A stretch of DNA of 64,000 nt from the human T2T-CHM13v2.0 reference genome, Homo sapiens: the NCBI RefSeq assembly GCF_009914755.1, contig NC_060938.1. One strand, given 5' to 3'. Under the pieces are notes generated by a model that saw only the letters and a list, made by a program, of their open reading frames with translations, searched no databases and was not told the origin of the DNA. Each line of letters begins with the position of its first letter. The stretch's first letter is position 1. The translations under genes and the position numbers were made by a program. Positions 19,332-38,947 of this stretch are shown in pieces.

Positions 19332-20706
19332 GTGGGCGCGCGGCCCGGGCCTCCTCTCCCCCGGCTCCCGCCGAACCTCCCCTTCCCGGCCCGGCTGTCC
19401 CTATTCCCGCCTTGCCGCAGTCGTCTCCCCAGTGGTGGTCCGGGGCCGCCGTTAGTCTGCCGCTTCCTCACCCCAAGCCCACCCTTCCCTTTTAACCCCA
19501 ACCTCCTGGGCCCCCTTCAGCCTGTGTCCAGCAGGGGCCCCCCTCTCCCCTGTCTCCAACTCTGTCCGGCCCGCCAGGAAGGGCCCTGGAGCAGCTGCTC
19601 TGTCCGTCCTCTCCAGCCTCTTCTTGGTGCACCACTGCTTTTCACGAAACCACCCCGCGACCTCTCAGATCCAGACATCTTTGTCCCTGATTTTCCCATC
19701 CTAAGATTATTTATTTATTTATTTATTAGGGACCGAATGGGAGAGTCAGGTTAAAGAGATTTTCAAATCCATAGGGATTTGCGGTGAGCTCCTTGACAGC
19801 TAGTTCCTCTGCAATTTAGTTGGACAAGTGCTAGCTAGTACTTTTTCTTTCTTTCTTTTTTTGGCAAAATGAAGCAAGTACCCATGTCTATCTGCAGTCT
19901 GCCCCCCTCCCCTGGAAATAGACCGGAAACAGAACAGCAAGTGGCTCTGGCAAGGGAGGGGAGAGAGGAGAAAAGGATCTATTTGGCATTTGGAAGACGT
20001 TGTGAGTGAGCAAGTGTTTGAGGGGGTGTGATGTGGTGTTTAGTGACTCACCCTACACTTCGAGGTACAAAAATGGAAAAGGATGGGTAGGAAGAAGACT
20101 GACAAAGGATGAGAATTGGTAGGAAGAAGGGTTACCTAGGAAGAGGGGTGGATTGGAACACTGGGGAGATGAGGGGAGAGACTTGTATTCATTATGTGGT
20201 ATGAACTGAGATCATAATACCAGTTCTCGTTGTTGACCAAGGTTAGTTTACACTGCAAAGTGCTAGATTGTTGAATAAACCTGGTATCCAGACATAGCCC
20301 CAGGTATTTTAAAACCTTTGGTCACCACTAAAACAATTTTTCCCCTGCTTTACTTAAAAAAAAAAAAAAGAAAAAAGTTATGTCTATATGTAAACTATTT
20401 TTGAAGTGTAGTTACCTTTATAAAATGGATTCCTTAATATTTTCTTTGTGGTAAAAAAAAAAATACGGAAATTTGCACAAATCATGTACACAGCTTGAAA
20501 GGAAAGTGTGCGTGTTCCCACAACCCAGATCAACAAATAGAACATTAGGAGTGCAAAAGGCTTATTGGAATAGAACTTTAAAAAAAAAAGAAAGAAAAAG
20601 AAATAGAACCTTACTGGCATCCCGGAAACCTCCTTATCTATCTTCCTCCTTCCTAGAGGAAGGTAACTATACCTCTTATACATATTCACTTTTTTTTTCT
20701 TTTTGA

Positions 20707-20883
<177 letters not shown>

Positions 20884-21713
20884 TAGAGATGAGGTTTTCA
20901 CCACGTTGACCAGGTTGGTCTTGAACTCCTGACCTCAAGTGATCTGCCCACCTCGGCCTCCCAAAGTGCTGGGATTACAGGCGTGAGCCACCGTGCCCAG
21001 CCTACATATTCACTTTTTAACATTTTTTCACATTTGTTTTATCTCCTTTTCTACTTAAAATTTGCTGTTTTAAAATTTTGAACTATTTAAAAATAAGTTG
21101 CAGACACGATGACACTATACCTCTAAATACTTCAGCATGCATCTCCTAAAAATCAAAGGGATTCTTTGCATGTGTTGATTCTTTCTTTGGTAGATTTACA
21201 AACATTTTCCAGGATGAAAGTGTGATGTTACTTACATAAACCTGTACATATGCTCCTGTGTTTTCACATATTAAAATGATTAAACAGATCCATTTATTCA
21301 CAGCTGATTGACAAATTCAGACTTCCTATCACTTTAAGAAAGAAGTGCTGGCTTGTGTCGTGGCTAATGCTTGTAATCCCAGCACTTTGGAAGGCCAAGG
21401 CAGAGAATTGCTTGAGCCCAGGAGTTTGAGACCAGCCTGGGCAACATAGCAAGACCTTATCTCTGCAAAAAATAAATAAGGAAGAAAGAAAAAAGTGCTT
21501 GCATGAAAAAAAGCACTAGTATAAAAATGAAACTTGCAACGCAACTGTGTTTTGGTTGATGCTCTGTTGTGTAAACTTTTTAGTCTTAATGGTTTTTACA
21601 GAAAGATCTTGACCACAGATAATCTGATTTTAATTATTTTTCAGTTCCTAGTGTGGGTATTAGGTAAACCATGCTACTACATTAATTCTCTTTTCCATTT
21701 TGGGGGCTTTCAG

Positions 21714-21847
21714 GGCTCAGTAAAGAGACAAGCACTATATGCCTGTAGTACCTGCACCCCAGAGGGAGAAGAACCAGCAGGAATTTGTTTAGCTTGCAGT
21801 TATGAATGTCATGGAAGTCACAAACTATTTGAGCTATACACAAAAAG
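21714..21847 (+). CDS. UBR7: UBR7 exon 2 (UBR-box: GSVKRQALYACSTC...ICLACSYECHGSHKLFELYTK)
   Basis: TTTCAG| acceptor, AG|GTAAA donor; 134 nt; Cys/His UBR-box pattern. Confidence 0.96.
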
Positions 21848-21959
21848 GTAAACATAGTCAAGAGATTGTTACTAAATGCTTTTGAAGTATAGATTCTTTC
21901 CCATCTACACTTTTTCCTAATCTTGTTTTTTCATGCAAAGCAGTTGAACACTAATGAAA

Positions 21960-21960
21960 T

Positions 21961-22007
<47 letters not shown>

Positions 22008-22010
22008 TTT
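21960..22010. repeat. (TTTA)n tetranucleotide microsatellite, about 12 units (Alu tail)
   Basis: Direct reading. Confidence 0.9.
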
Positions 22011-22557
22011 TGAGACGGAGTCTTGCTCTGTCACCCAGGCTGGAGTGCAGTGGTGTGATCTAGGCTCACTGCAAGCTCCGTCTCCCGGGTTCACGCCATT
22101 CTCCTGCCTCAGCCTCCCGAATAGCTGGGATTAAAGGCTCCCACCACCACGCCCAGCTAATTTTTTGTATTTTTAGTAGAGACGGTGTTTCACCGAGTTA
22201 GCCAGGATGGTCTCGATCTCCTGACCTCGTGATCCGCCCGCCTCAGCCTCCCAAAGTGCTGGGATTACAGGCGTGAGCCACCTCGCCCAGCACTAATGAA
22301 ATTTAATGTAATTATTTTATATAATTGGAGAGAGTTGTTTCTAGAGCCTTTAAAAACATAATATGGTACAAACTCAAACCATTTATCTTTCCCTGCCATC
22401 ATTTTACTTGTGTGTTTGTATGTGATATAAATATTTGCTTTTGTACATATTAATTTCCCGAATTGTGAAGTCTTACTATGTGCTTGAATGCTTGAAGAAA
22501 TTTTAAATTGGATTTTGTAAAAAGAAAAATAAAATTGTTATTTCCTCCTTTTTTCAG

Positions 22558-22618
22558 AAATTTTCGTTGTGATTGTGGAAACAGCAAGTTTAAAAATTTG
22601 GAATGCAAATTACTTCCT
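22558..22618 (+). CDS. UBR7: UBR7 exon 3 (RNFRCDCGNSKFKNLECKLLP)
   Basis: Polypyrimidine-CAG acceptor, GTAAGT donor; 61 nt; UBR-box CDCG motif. Confidence 0.95.
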
Positions 22619-22917
22619 GTAAGTAAGCACTGTAACTATAAATGCATTTAGAGCAGCTGAGGTTAATATTTGCCAGAGTGGGTAAAAAAACAAATACCTG
22701 TATTTTCCAAAAAAAGAAGTTCTTATGCTTATTCTTTGCAGATGGCCATTTCATTTTTTACTTTGTTAGAAAAACTATATAAACTGTTGAGAGCCTACAA
22801 GATAGATGGTAATTAATATGAAAGGTTTGGGGGAGAGATGTACTTGAAAGTAATTCAGGTTTAATTATATTGGTTGTACTTATTCTCTGAGGCTTTTAAA
22901 TCAGCGGATATGACTTA

Positions 22918-23615
<698 letters not shown>

Positions 23616-23942
23616 AGTACCTTGAAATTCCAGGCCAATATCAGTTCACATAGATTGATAATTAATATTTATGATTAACTTTTATCTCCATTTTATTGAA
23701 TAGGTGTATTTAATTTCTCCTAATTACCACAAAAAAAAACAAAAAAAAATTATTTTTTCCCTGTGTCCTGAAAAAAGTATCCCTTTAGTGGTAGTGAGTT
23801 TTTTTTTTCCTACTTTGAAAATTAAAGATCAGCCTCTTGGGGGAAATAATGTGGAAATGTATTGAATGCATAAATTTTATAATGTGTGAAATTATAGTTA
23901 AAATTAGACCATATTATTATTGAAATCAATATTATATTTCAG

Positions 23943-24038
23943 GACAAAGCAAAGGTAAATTCTGGCAATAAGTACAATGACAACTTTTTTGGATTGTACT
24001 GCATTTGCAAGAGACCTTATCCTGATCCTGAAGACGAG
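23943..24038 (+). CDS. UBR7: UBR7 exon 4 (DKAKVNSGNKYNDNFFGLYCICKRPYPDPEDE)
   Basis: TTTCAG acceptor, GTAAGA donor; 96 nt; start of PHD finger (YCIC). Confidence 0.95.
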
Positions 24039-24359
24039 GTAAGAGAATTGGAAGTTAAACCTGGGGGTGTGTCCCCTCTAGCCTTGATTCCTCAACTGCT
24101 TGTCATATCCGAGCCTCTGGCTCTTCAAGAGGCAGTGTGGGATGGTGAAAGGGCTCTAGATTTATCTTTTCTTATGAATCTGGGTTGGATCTATAATTGG
24201 TACACATCTCAACCATTCTTTTCATTTTTACATCATAAGAATGAAATATTGGAGAGGACTTTCCCAAAGCCAGAGCTTCTTCCCTTCCTCTCCTTCCCTG
24301 ACTGCCTCCCCCAGCCCCCAAACACTTTCTAAGAAATGACCTTCAACTTCTTTTGTCTC

Positions 24360-25740
<1,381 letters not shown>

Positions 25741-25829
25741 CTAATTGCGTTGGAACTATAATTATTGAACCAAATTATATAGAGGGACAGATTGAAAGTC
25801 TCTTTGAGTTAACAAAAATAAAACCTTAA

Positions 25830-26137
<308 letters not shown>

Positions 26138-26433
26138 AAAACTGGATATTTTAAGGCATGTGGTAAAGTGTTACAGCTCCTCCTGTTCCACAATATGTGC
26201 TTTTTTATTCCCTTTAAGAAGCCTACAATAGGAAAAGGACAGAACAACATTGGGATGTTAATTAACAGTTATGAGAGCCTGGGAGTAAAAGAAAATCATC
26301 CCCAAAATAGTCTATGTCCTTTGGTATATTATTTTCCTAGGGCCAGCATTTAATTATTTAATTTATTCAAATTAGAGGAGTTATCTATCGAGGTTTTTCA
26401 TAACATTTACTTTTCAGTGTACTTGGCAGGATG

Positions 26434-26520
26434 GTTCTTCTGCAGCAGAAAGGCATTGTCTAATTTTTCAATATTATAAAGAAGGCTGGAGTGAACATCC
26501 TTATACAGTAATACAACTGA
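26434..26520 (+). repeat. 87-bp dispersed direct repeat, copy 2
   Basis: 81/87 identical to 24735-24821. Confidence 0.9.
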
Positions 26521-26839
26521 ATATTGTATTAAAGGATGGTGTGGTAAAAAGTCCCAGTTGTCACTGTCTGCACTGGTCCATTCACATTACTTGCCTGGGC
26601 CTGAGTTTTGTATAAAATGGGAATGCCCTCCTTGTCTACACAGTTTTGTGAGAATCAGATATTAAGTAATGGATGTGAAAGAGCCTTGAGATTGTTTGTA
26701 AAGTGCTTATCTCAATGTAAGCCTTTGGAACACCAGTTCATGTAGAACAAATATTTAGTATCTTATTTTACTGTGTGCCAGGTTATTTCCATGTTCCCGA
26801 ATTCAATGTAATCCTTAACAAACTGCTTTTCTCTGTTAG

Positions 26840-26893
26840 ATTCCAGATGAGATGATCCAGTGCGTAGTCTGTGAAGACTGGTTCCATGGAAGG
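26840..26893 (+). CDS. UBR7: UBR7 exon 5 (IPDEMIQCVVCEDWFHGR)
   Basis: TTAG acceptor, GTAAGG donor; 54 nt; PHD MIQCxxCEDWFH motif. Confidence 0.95.
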
Positions 26894-27086
26894 GTAAGGA
26901 AAATGTTCCACCTTTTGAAACCATTGTTGTCACAAAAAGATAAAGGTTATATTTTACATTATAATTAGTCTTCTAAAAATAAATTCTAATGATATGATCA
27001 GTGTATTATTACAGTATTTATAAAATAATGGGCATTTTGGACAATTTGGCAATCACAAGAAAATTTTTGGTGTTCTATATTCACAG

Positions 27087-27192
27087 CATCTTGGTGCCAT
27101 TCCCCCTGAGAGTGGGGATTTTCAGGAGATGGTATGCCAGGCCTGCATGAAACGTTGTTCTTTTTTGTGGGCTTATGCTGCACAATTGGCAG
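27087..27192 (+). CDS. UBR7: UBR7 exon 6 ([35 protein letters not shown])
   Basis: CACAG acceptor, GTAGGT donor; 106 nt; terminal PHD CxxC. Confidence 0.95.
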
Positions 27193-27314
27193 GTAGGTAT
27201 CTTTGTGAAGTTGGTGTGCCACAAACTTGTGCTTGTGAAATTTGTATGTTCAATTCAGAATTTTTAGCAACTATTTTTAACTGGGCTCTATGGTTATAAA
27301 ATAGTATATGTTCT

Positions 27315-27622
27315 GGCCAGGCATGGTGGCTCACGCCTGTAATCCCAGCACTTTGGGAGGCCAACAAGACAGATGGATCACCTGAGGTCAGGAGTTCGAG
27401 ACCAGCCTGGCCAACATGGCGAAACCCCATCTCTACTAAAAATATGAAAATTAGCCTGGCGTCACGGCGCTTGCCTGTAATCCCAGCTACTCCAGAGGCT
27501 GAGGCAGGAGAATCACTTGAACCCAGGAGGCAGAGGTTGCAGTGAGCCGAGATCATGTCACTGCAGTCCAGCCTGGGCAATAGAACAAGACTCCATCCTC
27601 AAAAAAAAAAAAAAAAAAAAAG
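27315..27622 (+). mobile_element. AluS
   Basis: Full dimer; TSD AATAGTAT(A/G)TGTTCT. Confidence 0.9.
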
Positions 27623-27830
27623 AATAGTATGTGTTCTTTCTCCACAAGGTGCATAGATTTGTTGGGATACTACCAAAAACAAATTTATACTTAAATGATA
27701 TGATGCAGAGTATTGATGAGACCAGAGTTAGAGAATGGAGGAGGCAGTTTTTGAATGGGATTTTGAAAGATAAATAGAACTGAAATAAGTTGTTAATTCT
27801 AACACATGGTATCAGTTGGGGAGGAGGTGG

Positions 27831-28300
<470 letters not shown>

Positions 28301-28514
28301 CTAATTAATGAATGGTCCTGAGGCATTAACTATCTTATTGGTAATGCTTTATGTATTTCTTTATTTTTAAGGTGGCAGTTACTCATGGTATCTGCTGCTT
28401 AGGCTTCATAATTTCTTGCCTTTCTCATCTTTAGAGACCAGTTCACCATACAAACCATGAGCAGCATAGCCATACCTCTGATCTCATCCTACAGTTTAGA
28501 TTTGCCTTAGAGTT

Positions 28515-29250
<736 letters not shown>

Positions 29251-29727
29251 TAAATTGATCTCCTGCCTCTCCCTTCATTTCCTCTCCCATCAGCAGATGG
29301 CTTCATCTCCTATTACATTGAAATGCTGGCATCCAATGTGAGCTCCCCTATCGTTTCTCTTCTCTGTCTCAGAGTATATCTGCCACTACACCCATCATTT
29401 TTTTTATTTCTTCCTCCCATAAAGAAAAGCTGTTTTTAAAAAATTACCCTTCTGTCTGTTTACAATTCAATCTCTTCCTCCTGCTTCTTGTATTATTCTG
29501 TCTCTAACAAGTACAGTACAATATTTTCTCCTTTATGTGTAAAGTGCTTAAGCAGTGATTGATATTTTCAAATAAACTGTTTAATTATTTGAATTCTTTG
29601 GGTTAGGCAGACATAACCTAAAGAAGCGTTGGAATTTTCTTTCTCAGTATTTCGGAGACTACGGTGGACTAATCTCTTTTTCCAGATTCTGAAATATTTT
29701 AATATCAGAAAAAGTGATTTTAGGTCA

Positions 29728-29996
<269 letters not shown>

Positions 29997-30118
29997 CTAT
30001 CTCAAAAAAAAAAAAAAAAATAGCAAAAGCTATTGTATGCCTGATGTGGTGGCTCACACCTGTAATCCCAGCACTTTGGGAGGCTGAGGCAGGCAGATCA
30101 CTTGACATCAGGAGTTCA

Positions 30119-30385
<267 letters not shown>

Positions 30386-30437
30386 TTAGGTCAGTGGATA
30401 TGTGTGTATGTGTTTTTCTTTTTCTTTGAACTCACAG

Positions 30438-30646
30438 TAACCAAAATATCCACTGAGGATGATGGATTGGTGCGGAACATTGATGGAATAGGTGATCAGG
30501 AAGTTATCAAACCTGAAAATGGAGAGCATCAAGATAGTACCCTCAAAGAGGATGTTCCAGAACAGGGAAAGGATGATGTCCGGGAGGTTAAAGTAGAGCA
30601 GAACAGTGAACCATGTGCCGGCTCTAGTTCTGAATCTGATCTCCAG
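30438..30646 (+). CDS. UBR7: UBR7 exon 7 (acidic linker VTKISTEDD...ESDLQ)
   Basis: CACAG acceptor, GTAATG donor; 209 nt; phase consistent. Confidence 0.95.
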
Positions 30647-31122
30647 GTAATGTGTGAAGTACGAGCCATCAAGAAATAAGACTGGGCCAGGCGCGGTGGC
30701 TCATGCCCATAATCCCAGCACTTTGGGAGGCTGAGGTGGCGGATCACCTGAGGTCACGGGTTTGAGACCAGCCTTGGCAACATGGTTAAACCTCATCTCT
30801 ACTAAAATTACAAAAACTAGCCAGGCATGGTGGCACATGCCTGTAATCCCAGCTACTCAGGAGGCTGAGGCAGGAGAATTGCTTGAACCCAGGAGGCGGA
30901 GGTTACAGTGATCCGAGATCATGCCACTGCACTCTAGCCTGGGCAACAGAATGAGATTCCGTCTCAAAAAAAAAAAAGAAAACTGAAGTGGAATTAATTC
31001 TGTAAACTTATGGCTTTGGATTTCAATTTTATCCTTTGCCTAAAGAAATCTCTTTACAAAATCTAAACTATGAAAACTATGGTAGTTTAAAAAACATGCT
31101 TCAAAACTTAATTTTATTTCAG

Positions 31123-31272
31123 ACAGTGTTTAAGAATGAAAGCCTCAACGCAGAATCAAAATCTGGCTGCAAACTTCAGGAGCTTAAAGCTAAGCAGCTT
31201 ATAAAGAAAGACACTGCCACCTATTGGCCCCTGAACTGGCGTAGCAAGTTGTGTACCTGCCAAGACTGTATG
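31123..31272 (+). CDS. UBR7: UBR7 exon 8 (TVFKNES...WRSKLCTCQDCM)
   Basis: TTTCAG acceptor, GTAAAG donor; 150 nt. Confidence 0.95.
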
Positions 31273-31621
31273 GTAAAGTATCTGATTGTGCTCAGTGTTA
31301 GCATGTTTTGTGTACTGGTGCCCCAAAATAAGAACACCTGGGGAAAACATTCAATTTTTGTACCAGAGGAAGAAAGGAAAATAAAAAGAACACCTGAACA
31401 ATATATTTATGAAATTAATGTTTAGGAGACCCTCCAAATTTTTACATTAAGCAAATTTATGACATAGTACTTACAGTTGGAATGTTTGTGGAAGAAATGG
31501 ATAATTATGCAGTATTTTAAATTTACTTATTTTAATTTTAGTTTACTTATCTTTGTTATATCAAAGTTGCTTGGAAACACTGGTTGAAAGTTATAGTAAA
31601 TTGGCCAGGTGCTTTGGCTCA

Positions 31622-31899
<278 letters not shown>

Positions 31900-32160
31900 T
31901 TAACAGTAAATCAATGGTTTTTAAATAAAGATCTCATAGACCATATGACATCTGGGAAATTGGGAGATTTCTGAAAGAAATTTAGGCAAAAAGAATAAAT
32001 CCTTCTAGCAATTCTGTGTTAAAGACGCTCCAGTTTTTCTAGGTCTTAATATAAAAAAATTACATTTTTAGTGATTCTCAGGAAATTGGCTTTCTGAGAA
32101 TGATAAACAGTTCTAATGGGGAAACTCCTCTTTCTTTTTTTTTTTTTTTTTTCCCTAAAG

Positions 32161-32323
32161 AAAATGTATGGAGATCTAGATGTCTTATTCCTGACAGATG
32201 AATACGACACAGTTCTGGCTTATGAAAACAAAGGGAAGATTGCCCAGGCCACTGACAGGAGCGATCCCCTAATGGATACCCTTAGCAGCATGAATAGAGT
32301 CCAGCAAGTGGAACTCATTTGTG
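32161..32323 (+). CDS. UBR7: UBR7 exon 9 (KMYGDLDVLFL...QVELIC)
   Basis: Long T tract plus AAG acceptor, GTAAAT donor; 163 nt. Confidence 0.95.
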
Positions 32324-32834
32324 GTAAATACTGTGTGTGTGTGAAAATTCATCATTTCCTTCACTATGTAAAAAAATATAAAGGGGGCAGTAAACACCTA
32401 TATTTTTAATTTAATACAAAGAATTAAAATTTTGAATTTTAGACCATTGCTTGATTTTCATATTGGTGGGTATTCAGCTGCTTTTACCATTGAATCAGAG
32501 TTACATGCTAGAATAATTACATGCTTGAGAAACCACAACATATGCTATTCTGATTAAGGGTAGATGGATGAATGCAAATTTTCCATCCATTGAAACAATT
32601 TTTGGACATTATGTGTCATGTTCTTGAGCAAGGCATGTCACCATTTTGACAGTTCTTGAGGTTGCTTCAGTGGTTCACAGGAAACCACTAGAGGAGAAAA
32701 TACCCCCAAACCCTTGATTGAAGGCTTTTACATCCCCCCACCACCACCCAGCTGCAGCAGGCCAAACTTATTTCAGTGGTTTCTATCCCAGCCATTTCCA
32801 CTTGGATGCCACCACTTTTATGTGACTTTTATAG

Positions 32835-33466
<632 letters not shown>

Positions 33467-33544
33467 GTGTCTTTTATTTATAATTATTAATTTCTTTTTG
33501 CCTTTATTAGAGTAAAAACTTTTCAAGGATAGAGGATGCACCTA

Positions 33545-35326
<1,782 letters not shown>

Positions 35327-35436
35327 GAACTGGGCATGGCGGCTTGTACCTGTAGTTTCAGCTACTTGGGAGGCTGGCTTGAGCCCTGCTTTCTTAGAAG
35401 ATGTCATCTCTGTCTACCTACTTTAGGTCATTTTTT

Positions 35437-36087
35437 CCTTTTTTTTCTTTTTTGGGGTGGGGGGCGTTCCTGAGTTTATTTGGGGCACACCCGGGCGAGG
35501 GCCCTGCCCCTAGAAGAACGTGTTGGGCCTCTTGGTGGTGAAGCGTGGCTTGGGCTGACGGGCAGGACCCGGTGGGGCAGCGGGAAACTTGATCTTGGAG
35601 TCGTGGAACTGCTTGATGGCCGGCCGGCTGGCGGCACTTGCTGGCTGCGATCTCCTTCACCTTCAGGATCTCGATGGAATGGGCCCAGGTGCGGTGCCAG
35701 GCGCCCATAGACCTCTCGGTAGCACTGGGTAACAGCGCCCGCGGTGGTCAGGTCCCGGTATTCCCGGTACATGTTGGGGGCGCCGCTCCGGGAGTCATAG
35801 CTCAGCCAGATGCCGAAGTTCTTGACCCGCGGTGGGGACTTCTCAAACACCTGCCCACAGTAGACAATCTCCCCTGAAGACTTCTTCATCTTTTTTAACT
35901 GAGATACGAAGTACCAGAAGTCCCGGGACTTGGCGACAACGTGATTAGGCGCAAAGATTCGCATGTGGTAGAGGGGCGGTGTGTGGCATTTGGGGGTGGG
36001 CAGGCAGTGACCCACCACCTTGTACTCTCATAGTGTGCCCGAGGCCTTCATGGCGTCCTCTCCGCGCTCGCCACCACCCGCAAAAGG
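35437..36087 (-). pseudogene. RPL18AP1: Processed RPL18A (60S ribosomal protein eL20) pseudogene in UBR7 intron 10
   Basis: Intronless [20 protein letters not shown]...; ATG 36051; premature TGA 36028-36030; several indels; original stop 35510-35512; AATAAA 35475-35480; A-tail ~35431-35453; TSD TTAGGTC(A/G)TTTTTT at 35423-35436 and 36088-36101; begins CCTTTT (5'TOP). The P1 suffix is from recall. Confidence 0.93.
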
Positions 36088-36258
36088 TTAGGTCGTTTTT
36101 TTCTTTGTCATAGATGTGGGAAGAACATTTAACTGCCTGAATTTCTGGACAGGGTCACAGTGCTGCCTGCTGCCTTTCTGCAAAATGAATTGTAAAGTTA
36201 AAAGAGCCTTCTTCTAAGTGGTTTTCTCAGTTTTTAGAGACTTCTTCACTATCACTGA

Positions 36259-36588
<330 letters not shown>

Positions 36589-37255
36589 TTCCCTACAGTT
36601 CTTAAAACTTAATGTAGTTATTCTTGTTTCTGTTGCAGAGACTATCCTCTGGTTAATACAGACTCAAGCTTCTTTGGTGCTAGAACTAAGAATGTTCATG
36701 GGTGTAATGGGGCACTCTGCCTCAGTGTGGTAACCTCTGAACTGTCAATGGACATTTGAGGTGTTTCAAATAGTGTGCAGGCATGCCCTCTTGATGCTGG
36801 TGCTGTTGCACCTCCACTCTTTTGTGGTCGGTTTTCTTTATTTTATCACAAACATATACTTAAAATTACATAAAAGAAAAAAGTTAGGCATGTTCTTTTT
36901 CATGCACATTGGAGACTTTTACTCAAGGTCTTCACAGGTATCTTCAACATCCGGGTCCTTGTTATCACTAGCGCCACTCTTTAGGAGTCTTTAGGAGAGA
37001 ATTTTTTATCTGACCAGATAATTTAAAAGGTCAGAAAAATGTGGTATTTTTGTTGTTTGTTCCATGACATTACTAACCAGATCTTCACAGAAAAAGAAAC
37101 AAAACCTCAGGTTGCCATAAAGCTTATCTGCTTTGGTTGTATTTGTCCATAGGGATAATGTTAATAAGTTCTAGCTGTTCTTAGATGGTGGACTGCCTTT
37201 TATTTAATGTTTGTATCTAACAAAACAAAAACAAAAACCAAAAAAAAAACCACTT

Positions 37256-38740
<1,485 letters not shown>

Positions 38741-38854
38741 TTATCATTAACATAATTCTTAACAGTATCATTTGACTTGTTTGTGAATGCTATGACCTCG
38801 GATTGCGATTCTGTTACTTAGTTCTCTTTCATAATCTTTGCTTTTCAAAAACAG

Positions 38855-38947
38855 GTTGTTAAGAGAGAGGACATTCAGCAGTTCTTTGAAGAGTTTCAGT
38901 CAAAAAAGAGAAGAAGAGTGGATGGGATGCAGTATTACTGCAGCTAG
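38855..38947 (+). CDS. UBR7: UBR7 exon 11 coding part (VVKREDIQQFFEEFQSKKRRRVDGMQYYCS*)
   Basis: ACAG acceptor; TAG 38945-38947; all 11 exons total 1278 nt = 425 aa; KKRRR NLS-like stretch. Confidence 0.95.
   Translation, partial: VVKREDIQQFFEEFQSKKRRRVDGMQYYCS

Larger units (their letters stand above)
18640..19700. promoter_or_regulatory. CpG-island bidirectional promoter shared by GON7 and UBR7
   Basis: High GC/CpG; divergent ATGs at 18927 (-) and 19182 (+); ETS-type CGGAAGT 19037-19043, CGGATGT (-) 19025-19031 and GCGGAAAT 18977-18984; NRF1-like GCGCAGGCGG 18998-19007; CCAAT (-) 19079-19083; no TATA box seen. Confidence 0.9.

Noticed and set aside
19332-19754. Pro-rich read-through of UBR7 exon 1 into intron 1
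   Set aside because: Stop-poor C-rich island sequence; the donor at 19331 gives the correct 425-aa protein
32684-32697. CTCF-like CCACTAGAGGAG and similar partial matches elsewhere (e.g. ~36785)
   Set aside because: Core mismatches; cannot be supported without PWM scoring or ChIP data
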